Source: Balamuthia mandrillaris | Taxonomy: Eukaryota | Assembly (NCBI GenBank): GCA_031835245.2 | Contig: JAVKOQ020000110.1 | Location: 1-64,000, forward strand | Reading direction: 5' to 3' | DNA: 64,000 bases | Part shown: positions 37,014 to 50,290 of the stretch, piece by piece | How positions within the stretch are numbered: position 1 is the stretch's first letter | Layout of the letters: every line of letters starts with the position of its first letter | Notes under the pieces: generated by a model | What the model was told of the DNA's origin: nothing | What the model saw: only the letters and a program-made list of their open reading frames with translations | Databases searched by the model: none | Made by a program: the position numbers and the translations under genes

Positions 37014-39746
37014 TTATTCTTCTTCCAAGCGTCGAATGATTTCTGTGGCATACGCGTTCGTTTTGGTTGCGGGCATCAGTCCATCTTCTCTCATCCACTG
37101 TAACACACGACGACCACGGCTTTTCTCTTCTTCTCGATCTAGGCAATAGCTTAAGAACGTCACAAAACTCTTCACATCTGGCGCTAGCAAATTCGTAGTT
37201 GAGGGAGAGGAGGTAGAAGCTGCTCTTCGCATAATTTGAAGTATCTCCTCTGCTTCTTCAAATCTCTGGTTGATGAGACAAGCTTCGATGAAGGAATTGA
37301 GGTGATTTCCATCTAATGCTTCTTTATCGTCTCGTTTTTCTTCAGCAGAATTGTAGAGGAGTTGGGTGATGAGATCGGATTGCTCTTCTGCGTCGTCTTC
37401 TCGTTTAGTCTCCAAAACGGAGCCAGCAAAGAGATGTTGTGTTGCCAAAGAGCATCGAAGCAACAGAGCACGAAGAAGATGTCTGCACTGTTGCACGCTT
37501 CCTACTCGGCCGTAGAAATCCAACACATCATTGAAAAAGATATGATGGGAACATTGCCCCCCTTCTCCGTTGTTCATTTCATTTAAGACTCGAACCATTT
37601 CTTCTTCTGCCATTCTTATTATTCGTCTTCTCCCCTCCTCCGAAGAAGACGCAGAGTGAGAGAAGAAAGAAGCGAAACTGGTGGCAACGGCGTTGAACAG
37701 CGAGCCAAATGTAATGGTGGTGGGTTGAAGCTTATAATGCTGCGTCATCTCTCTGAAGAGGGACCATGCTTTGTTGTGGTCTTTGGCTAGTTTGCCAGCA
37801 GCCAGAATCAAAATGTTGAACGTCACCGCATCTTCCTTCAGTCTCCATCTCTGCTTTATCTCCTCTCTCAGAGCTTCCATTTGTTCCATCATCTCCTTTG
37901 CGCTTTGTTTCTCCTTGCCTTGTTGTTCTCTCTCTAAAGAGGCCACAGAAGAGGAAAAGGAATAAGTATTCGATCGTCGTTGAATGGTGGGATTGACGAA
38001 GTTGATGCAAGAAGAGAGGAGAGTGTTGAAGTGAATAAGGTTGGGCTTGCCTCCCTCCTCCACCATTCTCCGGAACCAACGCAACGCTGTTTCATGGTCT
38101 CCCTTCTTTGCATAAAAGTTGAGAATGGAGCCATAGAGAACACCAAATTGCTGTCCATTTGAAGATGAACCAGAAAGGAGAGGAAGAATAGTTTGTTCTA
38201 GCAGTTGCTCTCCTTGTGGCAAGAGATGCTCGATGTTGTTGGCGCAGTGAGAAAGAAGAATGCTAAAAGTGTAAGAATTTGGGGGTGGTAAGACTGCGTC
38301 TGCATCTTTGTCTTCTTTGCTCTTCTTCATACGATGATAAAAGTCGAACATCATTAAACTTTCTTGGTCTTCACCCGCTTTTCGTTCGCTACCAAGTGAA
38401 GAATACAAACGAGAAAGAGTTTGAAGAAAGGTGTTGCAATGTTGAATGTTAACACGGCGAAGACGAATGAGTTCTTCTATCCATCGGACAGCCTCTTCTC
38501 TGTTAGGACACCCTCGAATGATGATTCCATAACTGACTTCGTTCGGATAAAGCTTCTCGTTCTTCTTCTCTGCTTCCTCGTTTTCTTGTCGTTGTTGGAC
38601 AAAGAGTTGATGAGCTTCCTCCCACCGTCCACTCTTGACGAGAAGGTCCAACAGTACGTTCCACACTTGAACGTTACTTTTGAAAGAGCTTCGTCCTTTC
38701 TTGTTTGTCGTTTTTTCCTTCTCCTTCTCCCCTGCTTCTTCTCTTTCTTCCTCCTTCATGTAAGCATACACCTGCTTCACATTCTGCAACACGTTCTCCA
38801 TTTCTTGTTCCTCTTCTTCCAGCTGCTTCTTCTTCTCTATCCTCCTCGTTTGCTTGTCGTGAAGCTGTTGCAGAAGAGGAGAAGCGGACTGCAACAGATG
38901 AGTGTAGAGAAACGTGTCCCTCTGGATGTTGTTCTGCTTCATCGCCTCCCAAACGGCCAGGCTCTGTTCCCATCTTCTTCTGCTCCTTCTCCTTCTTTTG
39001 CTGGCTTCTTCGTCCGCTTTACTCTTCTCCGCATCTTCTCTCAACAGCTGAATGAGCTGAGAGCACAGAAAGGCATTGTTGTTGCTCGTCGTAAAGACTT
39101 TGGGATGGAGCATCAACGCCAACAGTGCTTCCACTCGTTCTTCCTCCTCTCTGCGTTCGTTTTGTGGAATTGAAAGAGAAGAAAGAGAAGAGGAAGAAGA
39201 AAGAAGGGAGTTGGAGAGTTGTTGGCGAAGGAGAAGAAGGAGGTGATAGAAGTAGTTGGGATGAGCGGCAGAACGAAGGGTGAGAGTTTTGAGAGCATCG
39301 CTGTCCTTCTGCTTCTCCTTCTTCGTTTTCTCCGGTCCCTCTTCCTCTTCTTCTTTGGAGGCAAGAAAGGCTTGTCGGCATCGAGTGAGCAGTTGGTTCA
39401 CGTCGTGGTGGTTGGGGCTCCGGTGGAAGCTGGTGTAAGAGGTCAGAGGGCGTCCTCCTCCTCCTCCTATGTGAGAAGCAGCAGTCGTAGGCCTACGAGG
39501 AAAGCAACGTTCGGGACGGAGAAGGAGAGGCGGAGGGAGAAGAAAGAAAGGAGAAGAAGAGGTGCCTCGGAACAAAGAGGAAGAAGAAGAAGCAGAAAAA
39601 GTCGCTCGTCGACCAGAGGTCGAGAGAGAGGCTTGCGTCGGGAGAAGACAAAGGTTGCAGCAACAACAACAAAAACGACCACGACTGGTCCTCGTGGTAT
39701 CGACAGGAGCGAGCCGAAGGGACCGCCCAAACGTTGCTCTCTTCAT
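37014..39746 (-). CDS. PPR protein (paralog 2), intronless 910 aa
   Basis: Collinear with 10540-13413 (NFYAKKGDHE.ALRWFRRM.E.GGKP, LILAAGKLA.DHNK.WSLFREMTQ, RVLQWMREDG, IRRLEEE*). Confidence 0.92.
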   Translation of the reverse strand: MKRATFGRSLRLAPVDTTRTSRGRFCCCCCNLCLLPTQASLSTSGRRATFSASSSSSLFRGTSSSPFFLLPPPLLLRPERCFPRRPTTAASHIGGGGGRPLTSYTSFHRSPNHHDVNQLLTRCRQAFLASKEEEEEGPEKTKKEKQKDSDALKTLTLRSAAHPNYFYHLLLLLRQQLSNSLLSSSSSLSSLSIPQNERREEEERVEALLALMLHPKVFTTSNNNAFLCSQLIQLLREDAEKSKADEEASKRRRRSRRRWEQSLAVWEAMKQNNIQRDTFLYTHLLQSASPLLQQLHDKQTRRIEKKKQLEEEEQEMENVLQNVKQVYAYMKEEEREEAGEKEKEKTTNKKGRSSFKSNVQVWNVLLDLLVKSGRWEEAHQLFVQQRQENEEAEKKNEKLYPNEVSYGIIIRGCPNREEAVRWIEELIRLRRVNIQHCNTFLQTLSRLYSSLGSERKAGEDQESLMMFDFYHRMKKSKEDKDADAVLPPPNSYTFSILLSHCANNIEHLLPQGEQLLEQTILPLLSGSSSNGQQFGVLYGSILNFYAKKGDHETALRWFRRMVEEGGKPNLIHFNTLLSSCINFVNPTIQRRSNTYSFSSSVASLEREQQGKEKQSAKEMMEQMEALREEIKQRWRLKEDAVTFNILILAAGKLAKDHNKAWSLFREMTQHYKLQPTTITFGSLFNAVATSFASFFSHSASSSEEGRRRIIRMAEEEMVRVLNEMNNGEGGQCSHHIFFNDVLDFYGRVGSVQQCRHLLRALLLRCSLATQHLFAGSVLETKREDDAEEQSDLITQLLYNSAEEKRDDKEALDGNHLNSFIEACLINQRFEEAEEILQIMRRAASTSSPSTTNLLAPDVKSFVTFLSYCLDREEEKSRGRRVLQWMREDGLMPATKTNAYATEIIRRLEEE

Positions 39747-39779
39747 CTTTCTCTTTTTTTTTTTTCACATTTTTCACGA

Positions 39780-39920
39780 CGACATGATTGTCGACAGAAA
39801 TGTGTCGACACTAAGTCAAACGAAATTTCCGGCGATTTGCTCTGTTCCTGGGACGACATGACAACTGGTCGACAAAATATTTCGGAGAACTGAATTCTCC
39901 GAGGAGGTGACGTCAGCTTT
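39780..39920. promoter_or_regulatory. Bidirectional promoter (PPR2/acyl-CoA oxidase) with three GTCGAC and a CRE-like TGACGTCA
   Basis: GTCGAC at 39790, 39804 and 39868; GTGACGTCA at ~39907. Confidence 0.6.
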
Positions 39921-39974
39921 AAGTCGGTCAAACAATGAAGGAAAAAAATAAAAGAGAGAAGAAGAACCCTACAG

Positions 39975-41178
39975 ATGAGCACCCAGCCGACCCCGTCGCC
40001 GCCGCCGCCGAGGAACAAGGAGATGGAAAGCCTGGCCCGTGAACGCCAAAGCTGCCCCTTTGCAGTGCGTCAGATGACTCACCTCATCAACAGCGGCGAA
40101 CAGAACACCCGTCTCATTGTGCGTACCTAAAACGCGACGGCAAATTTTGATTTTAATTTTTTTTCTGGCTGAGTGGGGGTTTTTTCTTTTCGAACGGTAT
40201 GTAGGAAAAGGCAGCGCTGCTTATCGAAAGAGACCCGCAGCTGGTGCTCAAAGACTTTTTCGACCATTCACGACCTGAAGCTCGTCGCTTGTAAGTCGCT
40301 GCTCTTCTCTCGCTTCTCTCTCTCTGATCTTTGCTCTCTCTCTCTCTCTCTCTCTCTCTCGCGTTCTCTCCTCTCTTCTCTAGCACCTTTGCTTGCGTTA
40401 ACAACAACAAACAAAAAGATGTATGGCACAAATCCTTCGCTCCGTGCAGGTGCGCAAAGCCCTCAAAGACCCTCACCTCATCGCCGCCTTCAACCACGTC
40501 ATGAACAGCTACGACCGCGGCTACAGCATGCGCCTCTACGTGCACGACACGCTCTTTCGCGAGAGCATCTTCACCCACGGCACCCCGCAGCAGTGGCAGC
40601 AATGGAAGGAGCCCATCGAGAGCATGCAGGTCATCGGCTGCTTCGCCATGACGGAGCTCGGCCACAGCTCCTTCTTGAGAGGGGTGGAGACGACGGCCAC
40701 CTATGACAGGGCTGCCAGGGAGTTTGTGATCAACAGCCCGACCATCACTGCCGCCAAGTGGTGGATTGGCATGGCAGGAGAGACGGCCACCCATACCGTT
40801 GCCTTGTGTCGACTTTTGGTGGATGGTTCGTTTGTGTTTGTTGGTTCTTTTCTTTGTTCTTGTTATTTCTTCGTTTCCTTTCTTGCTTTCTCTTTCTGTT
40901 ATTTCTTTCATTTCTTCTCGTTTCTTTCATCTTGTTATTTCTTCATAACATTACAACACGAATAGGAGAGGATAAGGGATTACAGTGGTTCATAGTGCCA
41001 CTGCGCAGTCGCACCACTGGACATTTGCTGCCAGGAGTGGCGTGCGGAGACATTGGCGCCAAAATGGGCAGAAATGGGCTTGACAACGGTTGGATTCTCT
41101 TCACCCAAGTTCGCGTTCCTCTTGAGAACATGTTGATGAAATGGGCACAACTTACGCCTGATGTTCGTATTTGCTTTT

Positions 41179-41219
<41 letters not shown>

Positions 41220-42691
41220 TAACGGAAAAAATACCAGGGCAAGTTTTCTTCTCCTCCTAATCCACAATTGGCCTACAATACTCTCATTGGAGAACGCATC
41301 TTTGCGGTACATATCAATTCCTTCCTCCTTTTCCTTCTTCACTCTCTCTCTCTCTCTCCCCCTTTGCATCTTGTTTCTAACAATAACATAAAAAAGTTAT
41401 TGGCGATGTCGGATCAAATAAGGCAAGCGGTTACCATAGCAGTTCGTTATGGTGCCGTTCGCCGTCAGGGAAGCAAAGACCAAGCCATATTGGACTACCA
41501 ATCTCACCAATATCAGCTTGTCCCGATCGTTGCCACTGGCTATGCCCTTCACTTTGTATCTCGCAGCTTGTTGGCTGCTTGGAACGACCAGTTGGAGCAT
41601 CAGAACGAACCGGCACGCAGAGAAGGCTTTCTGAAGTCCCTTTCTGACTATCACGGTAAGTTACCTCTTTCTTTTTCTTTGCTTTTCGCATGTCTTTCGT
41701 AACAACTAAAACAAAAACTATAAATAAACAGGCATAAGTGCAGGACTGAAGGCCGCTTTGGGCTGGTGGACAGCGGATGGGCTGGAGACGGTGCGAAGAA
41801 CTATGGGCGGGCACGGCTACAGCGCCTACAACGCTATCGCTGGGCAGATCGCCGACTTTGGCGTCATCACCACTGGAGGCGGCGATAACATCGTTCTCGC
41901 TCAGCAATGCGCTCGTTACTTGCTTTCTTCTTTGAAGAGGTACTCTCCTTACATTCTTCCCAACGTGGACATATTTTCTAAAATTTCTTCGCTTTTACCA
42001 CAGAGCGTATCAAGGCAAAGAGTTGACTGGTTCAGTCTTATACTTTACGCAGCTGGAGACTATCCTTCAAAAGCAGAAGCTCACGTCTTCCAATTCAGCC
42101 CTCTCCATCGAGGACCTTCTTCAAGCTTTGCAATGGCTAACCCTTAAGCATCTCTCCACCGTTGCACTCATCTTCCAGCAAGCTCTCTCTAACCAACATG
42201 CCGACAAAGAGCAAGTTTGGAACGATCACATGATGGAGCTCGTTTCTTGCGCTCGTCTCCACAGCTGGTACTTTGTTGCTCAACAATTCGCCGACACCAT
42301 TCTTCAATTTCGTCAACAGAACAACAACCATCAACTCGTTGAACCGTTGGAGCAATTGCTGAGAGTTGTTTTGCTCTCTCGTGTGAATGCGGAGATGAAC
42401 TTGTTTTTGGAGTACGAGTACTTGAATGCCGCTCAGTCGAAACTCGTTCGACAACAACTTTTGGAGAGGTGCAGACAAGTGAGAACCTATGTCGTCGGTT
42501 TGGTGGACGCTTTCAACTATCCGGATTGGATTCTAAAGTCCCCGATGGGCTGCTATGACGGGAACATCTACGAGAAGTACTTTGATACGCTGCGCAAGGC
42601 TCCCAACGGAGGAGGAGAAAGACCGGCCTACTGGGAGGAGTTCATCGCACCGCTTACGAATCCTTCTCCTGCTCAGCGCGCCAGCCTCTAA
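39975..42691 (+). CDS. Peroxisomal acyl-CoA oxidase
   Basis: GCFAMTELGHSS, NSPTITAAKWWIG, GDIGAKMGRNGLDNG, IAVRYGAVRRQ, RRTMGGHGYS, GCYDGNIYE. Ends in ASL (PTS1-like). Confidence 0.95.
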
Positions 42692-42838
42692 AGAGGAACG
42701 AATCTCTCTGTACTTTCTATAGAATTTTTTTGTTGTTCGCAGAAACCATCGATGATGCTATTTCTTGTCCATTCCTTCTTCCTTCTTTGAAGTTTATCAA
42801 CTCTCTTGTGCCTTTGCGTGAGTCTTCGACAACTGCTC

Positions 42839-43800
42839 TCACTTTTTGTGCAATTCAGCGGCCGTGAAGAGCGAAAGCCGCAGTTCGTCCACGCCTATCC
42901 TTTCTTTGACGCTGGTTACATGCAGGAACGGCGAGCAGAACGGAAATTGGTCCAGTCGACGTTGTAACTTTTGGATGAGGTTTGCGAGGTCAGTGCTCTT
43001 CACCTTGTCTGTTTTGGTTATTATCAACTTGAATGAAAAATGAGCAAAACAAAGAGAAGAAGTGAAGAGATAACGAAAACGAAAGAAGAGAAGAACGAGT
43101 GCAGAGAATGAGAAAAAGAGAGGAGAGAAGAAGTAAAACAAAACTTGGAAAGGAATAGCGTTGGCGTTCAACAGTTGCATCAGTTGTTTGTCGAACCGCA
43201 GTACTCCACGACGAGCATCCAACAACACACAAACCCGCTTCAGGCTTTTGTTGTTTGTTTGTATGTGAGAAAAGAATACAAGACAAAAAACAAATAAACA
43301 AGAACAAGAACAAATGTAGGAGAAGCCAGAGGAGAACGTACGTTCCCCTGGTAAGAAGATATGTCTCGATGAAACGGACCCAATGAACGACAGTGGCAAC
43401 AGGAGCATCTGCATAGCCGTATCCCGGCAGGTCCACCAGACGTATTGCACCTTCTCCCGCCTCGAAAAAGTTGATCGTTTGTGTTCGTCCCTTTAAAAGA
43501 ATAATCGTTATAAGTATTGTTTGAATAAAAACAAAAAGGAGAACGGAAGAAGAAGGAAGAAGAGAGAAGAAAGAACAAAGAAGAACAAGAAGAACAAAGA
43601 ACAAAGAAGAAGAACGAACCGGAGTTGAAGAAGTCTTTGCAAGACCGGGTTTCTGCATTACAGCATTCAGCAAAGAAGACTTTCCAACATTGGACCGGCC
43701 TGCAAAAGCCACCTAAGTTAACAACAGCACAACCAGAAGGCACGCGTTAGATGCGCAGAACGAAGAGTGAGAGAAGAACGGCGAGGAAAAGAGAGGAACG

Positions 43801-43832
<32 letters not shown>

Positions 43833-44478
43833 AGGGAGAGGGAGAGGGAGAGGGAGAGGGAGAGGGAGAGGGAGAGGAGAGGGAGGGGAGAGGGAGAGGG
43901 AGAGGGAGAGGGAGAGGGAGAGGGAGGGAGAGGGAGAGGGAAGAAAGGAGAGAAGGTACTTCAGGGATGTTGGTGGCTGGAAACTGTTCCTCTTTGCCGG
44001 TGGCGAGGACGAACCTTGCTTCCCTGGTGAGCGCATCGTTGGCCTTCCTCAAGAGTCTCATGTCATCGTCTCCCTCCAACCGAAACACTTTGAACTGTCG
44101 CTTTGTTGAAGAAGAAGAATCCGTTTGCTGCTGAGAGGTAGTAACCTCCTGGTTGAGATGGTTAAGATGGTTGACGAAGCCCAAAAGTCGACTTGCTTTA
44201 CGTTTTTTCTTTTTATGAAGAGAAAAAGGAGGAGGAGGAGGAGAAGAAGGTGCTGATGATGGAGGAGGAAGAGGAGGAGCAGAGACAGATGATGAGAGAA
44301 ATGTTCTTTGCAACTGGCGTTCTGTGGTCGTGCACATGAAAAGGGCTGTTGGGGCGAACCTGTTGCTGCTGCACCTACCACGCAGCGGTGCGGTCGTTTG
44401 TTGCAACAAGAAGGGCACCACCTGCCGTGCTCTCCCTCCACACCGCCACCACCAGAACTGTTCTGCGCCGCTTCTCAT
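42839..44478 (-). CDS. engB: EngB/YihA ribosome-biogenesis GTPase, organellar (GTPBP8-like)
   Basis: PEVAFAGRSNVGKSSLLN, TSSTPGRTQTINFF, LVDLPGYGY, LLDARRG, TKTDK; N-terminal transit-like extension. Confidence 0.93.
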
Positions 44479-44708
44479 CTTTCTTTTCTTTTCTTTAGCG
44501 CTCTCCTCTCCTCTCTCCTCTCCTCTCCCGTGCCCATAAATACGGTCGACATTCGTCGACGATAAATATTATCTTGTCGACATTTCCATTACTTCTCTCC
44601 TGTCCGCTCTCCTCTCCTTGATCTTTGAGGGAAAACTGCTCCTTTTGACATGGTTTTATGCACAATGTGACCAAGATTGTAATGTGTTCGTTTGGCTATT
44701 CCACTCAT

Positions 44709-45667
44709 TCACGTTCGATCACCTCGGAGAGAGCTTCGACGTTGTCTGGCGTACCAAGCCCTGATGCAGGCGGACACCTTCCTCATCTCATCCTTGGCCA
44801 CCTTGGCCTTCATCCTCTCCAGCTCGACCAACAGCTTTCCGCTGAAGAACAGCTTGTTCTCTCCAAATCTGACCTGCTCTTCGTCCAACTGCCAGCCTCC
44901 TTCTTCTTTGACGCGCATCAAATGCTCCACCAAGCTTTTCACTCTCTTCTTTGCCTCTTGCACCGACAGCTCTTCTTCCTCCCGTCCTCTTTCCTCCACG
45001 GGCAGCAAAATGAAGTAGCCAGCCCAAAACTCAGCAAAAGGAACTCGATGAGGGTAGCTGCCCATTAATAGCTGGTCCTGAGCCGTGTCCTCCTCCTCGG
45101 CGGCGCTAACCCAGGTGGGTTTGGCCAGCAGCAAAGACTCAAAGCGAGAGTCCACGGGGGCAGCTTTGGAGGCAGCCAGCTTTTGTGCCGCTCTCTCCTG
45201 CTCACGGGCCAGCTGCTCCTTCTTCCTCCTGCGCTCCTCCGCCCGTTGCTCTGCCTTTTGTTTGGCCTCCTGTTGAGCCTCTTCCAGTTGAAGTTGTTCC
45301 AGAGCTTCCAGCTCTGCATTGTGTTGGCTCTCTTGCTCTTGCTCTTGCTGGGCTGCCTCTTCGCGTTGTTTGGCTTGCTCCTCCAATTCGATAACTCGTT
45401 GCCTTCTTCTCGCTTTACGCTCTGCCAAAGTTTCTCCTGACTGCGCGTGGAAGCACGCTTTCAAAAGTCAGAAAGAAAGGAAAGACAGCAAACAAGTAAA
45501 CAAGAGAAAGGAGAGAGAAAAAAGAGAACCGTAAGAACGTCTTGGGAGAGGGTGCGTTCGGGTTGTTGCTTTCCTCCCTCCGGGGTGCCTTGCTCTTTCC
45601 TCAATTCCTCCTCCCTTCGCTTCCTTCGTTCCTCTCTTGCCAATCTTCTCGCCTCAACCTCATCCAT
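44709..45667 (-). CDS. Charged coiled-coil protein ending in an isolated myosin converter-like segment and an IQ-like motif
   Basis: SYPHRVPFAEFWAGYFILL...QVRFGENKLFF...LVELE and SACIRAWYARQR. No motor P-loop. One intron (~45462-45529). Confidence 0.72.
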
Positions 45668-45779
45668 TGCGTGAGCTCAAACAAACAACAAAAGCCAAAA
45701 GCAACGTTTGTCCAAAAGGAAATTATGACTGCAATATAGAACGCTATATTACTCCTTTGGTGTCGTGTCGTCATGCAAG

Positions 45780-45818
<39 letters not shown>

Positions 45819-46055
45819 AGTAACTGAAGGCGACAACACCATCACGCTTTTTTTTCTATGTTGGTATTCCCTTTCATAAATATCTCGTTGCTCACTCTCT
45901 TCTTCATTGTTCTCTTCATCTCTCCCTTTTGTGTCTTTGAAAAGTCAGCAAGACAAAAGGAAGAGCAACACTCTCTCGTCTGGCCCCTTCAACAAGGAAA
46001 CAAGTGGAACGGATGGAGCGGGTGGTGAGAGAAAGATCACCTTTTTTTTTTCTTT

Positions 46056-48256
46056 TCACAAACGACTGCTCTTGGAAGAGTGGGCATCGGTGATGCCGCG
46101 TGTGTGGAAGAGGTGGCTGATGTCCGCGGGATCTTCCTTGCCCTCCGCTGGGAGGAGTTTGCCGGGGTTGCACACGTTCTTTGGGTCCAGAGTGTGTTTC
46201 AACGTTCGAAGAATGCGAAGGCTGCCTTCATCAAAGTAACGCCCCATCCATGGAACATGCTCGAATCCTTTATGTTTTAAAGTTTTAAGAAAAACGAAAC
46301 ATGGAAAAAAAGAAGAGAAGAAAAGAGAGATATAAAAGCAAACAACTTACCAACTCCATGGTGATGGCTCAAAGCCCCTCCGTTCCTCAAGATAGCCTCC
46401 GTGGCGGCCTTCTTGGCGTCCAAATAGACATTGAGGTACTCATCTCCCTCTCCCGTCTGCAGCGAGGCATAATGGAAGTATATGCAAACGCCGTTGGAGT
46501 AAGTGTGGGAGACGTGAGCGCCCACCCATCCGGGCACGTTGTGCGTCTCGATGGCAGCCCAAGTGGATTGCTTGACGTCCTGATAGAGGGCGAGAGCGTT
46601 GCTCCAGGACATGCTGGACTCGGCCACGTCCACCCACATGCCGTGGTTCAATAAAAAGTCGCTATTAGGTTTTGTTTGGTTTGATGGTTTTTTTTTGGTT
46701 AGTTGATCAGAGAAGAGATGGAGAAGAAGCAAAGAAGAAGAAGCAATAAAGAAGAGGAAGAAATAAACAGATAAGATAAGAGGAAGAGTTAATAAAAGAG
46801 GAGTAAACGATAAACGAGAAGAAAGAACAAGAGAAAACTCGAGAACAGCGAAGCGAGAAGTGATAACCAAGGGGAAAGCGTACCGGAACATTGGAAGTTC
46901 ATAGCGTTTAGCGTACCAGGACTTGCCAGGTCCGGTTCCTACACCAAAGCCCTTGTGTTGTTTTAAGATGGATTTGACGATGCCTTTCTGATGCTTAACG
47001 TTGTAGGCTTCTCCCTCGAATCCAACGATCATCAAACAAATCTCTTTCATATCAAACCCTGTTTTGTGTTCGAGTTATTTTCACATTTGTTAAAGAGATT
47101 AGAAACGAAAAGAAAAGAGAGAGAAAAAAAGGAAATGAGAACGAAATAATAAACGGAAACAGGAAACAGAAAAACGAAACACAGCCACAGACAACAAAAC
47201 AAACCTTTAATCTTCTCCAAATACTTTTTGACCAGTTTGCTAAGAGCCTCTGCCACGGCCGGATTCCTTGGCTTGATGGCAAAGCTCATTTGTGTCTCCT
47301 GTGGGTCATACAAACGAATCATCGCTGGCAAAGCCTCCTTACGCACAATGTGGTGAATGGCCTCCAAGCCATCCTCCCACCGAGGGAAGAGGAAAGCGTG
47401 AAACTCCTGCACAGGAGGCACGGCATGCACCTTCATAACAGCCTGTGTGATTATGCCGAGGGTGCCCTCGGAGCCCACGAAAAAGTGTTTCATGGTCGGG
47501 CCAGAGCCGTTGCGAGGGACAGCGGGGGTGGTTATTGTGCCTGTGGGTGTTACGATCTTGAGAGAGACGCACATGTCTTCAATGTCTCCGTATTTATCGG
47601 ATTGCATTCCTGTATTTTAAAAAAATAGAGTGAGCAAGTGAAGAGAGCTAAAAAGGAGAGAGGGAGAGAGAGAGAAGGCAGGAAACAAAGAGAAGAAGAG
47701 AGAACAAGAAGAAGGTTGGAGAAGAAGAAAAACCTGAAGAGCAAGTGGCAAGCCATCCACCAAGAGTGGACCACTGGAAGGAATCTGGGTCGTGTCCCAA
47801 GGACACGCCCTCCCTCTGCAGGCTGTCCTCCAGGTCGGGTCCCAGGATGCCGACCTCAATGCAGGCCGTCATGGTCTTCTTGTCGATCCACAGCACCTTG
47901 TTCATGCGGCGGAGGTCCACAGAGACTATCATGCGCCGCTTTTCATCCCGCTCCGGCTCGCAGGCGCCTACGATGTTGGTGCGTCCGCCGCAGGGAATGA
48001 GCGCGACGTCATGCGTGTGTGCAGCTTGAACCAGCCGCTCCACGTCCTCGTGGCTTTGAGGGAAGACAACCACATCGGGAGATTCCGAAATGATACCTTT
48101 TCGGTGTTGTTTTTGTTTGTTGTTCATCGTTTTATGTGAGTGAATAAGCGGAAAGCAAGAAGAAGCAAGAAAAACGAAGAAGGATGAACGAAGAGAAAGA
48201 AGGGAGAAGAACGAAGAGAGAAGCGGAATTTAAAAAGAGAACCCAAGAGCGAACAG

Positions 48257-48303
<47 letters not shown>

Positions 48304-48393
48304 ACGACGAAAGAGAGAGAGAAAGAGAAAGAGAAAGAGAAAGAGAAAGAGAAAGAGAAAGAGAAAGAGAAAGAGAAAGAGAAAGAGAAACGA

Positions 48394-48443
<50 letters not shown>

Positions 48444-48918
48444 AGAAGAAGAAGAAGAAGAAGAAGAAGAAGAAGAAGAAGAAGAAGAAGAAGAAGAAAA
48501 GAAGGAAAAACAGATGCTGGGTGACAGCTTTGAGAGGGAGGAGAAATAAAACGTTTAAACTGAACAAACCTTTGTGTAAGCGCATCAAGTCACGCAGGCT
48601 GCTGCCATAGGTATGGCAGAGCCGCGCCATCCCGTCGAAGCTCACCTGGTTGGCGGAGAGGAAGGTCTTGAGGGCGGTCACAAAGCCCTCGTTGACCAGC
48701 GGCTCCGGCAGCTGGCTCAGCACCTCCTCCACGTCCACCGAGGGGGTGGTGTCCAGGGTGTCCAGGTCCCAGACGTCCTTGGCGAACTGCATGACCTTGG
48801 GGAACTCCACGCCGGTGCGGGAGTGGGCCACCAGCCCGCGGTGGTTAAAGTCGTAGTAGGCGCCCTTCTCGCCCCAGCCGTTCCATTTGAGCTTTTGCCA
48901 CACGTCCGCGCGCTCCAT
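46056..48918 (-). CDS. AGPS: Alkyl-dihydroxyacetonephosphate synthase
   Basis: [73 protein letters not shown]. Ends in SRL. Confidence 0.96.
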
Positions 48919-49394
48919 GTTTATTTTTTAATGTTTGTTCTGAAAGAAGCAGATGAAGCAGAAGAAGAAGAAAGAAGAAGGTGCTCTCTCTCGCTCTCTC
49001 TCAAGCTAGTGAAGGCCTCCGAGGAGAGTTTACTATTTTTTTCTTTCTTTCTTCTTTTTCAATATGGAGAGTGGTAAAGAAAAGAGTAGGGACAAATTAT
49101 GTCCAACCGTTACTCAGGGGGATGTGGGCCAGATGCGCTGGACAAAAGGCTGCATAAGCCAGGTTTTCCCGTGTCCACTGTATGGGGGTCATAATATTGT
49201 CGATAAATCGATCATTATGCAAGTGATCATGATCACATAACCCTCGGGCAGAACGAAATTTGCCTTCTTTCTTTTGAAAATCCGCCGAAGACACGGAGGA
49301 TTTGCGGGCGAATTTGTCTCCGCTTTGCAGAAAAACGTCACCCGCTGGTTGTTAGCTGAACGGAGGCGGGTTTGCGCACCTCGTCCAGCTTTAA

Positions 49395-50162
<768 letters not shown>

Positions 50163-50214
50163 ACAAAACGTTTAAATAAACGCAATCTCTTTGAATGCCA
50201 TTCCTTTTCGTTTC

Positions 50215-50252
<38 letters not shown>

Positions 50253-50290
50253 TGAAACAAAAAAATGAACGGGAAAAAAGACCACAGCTA

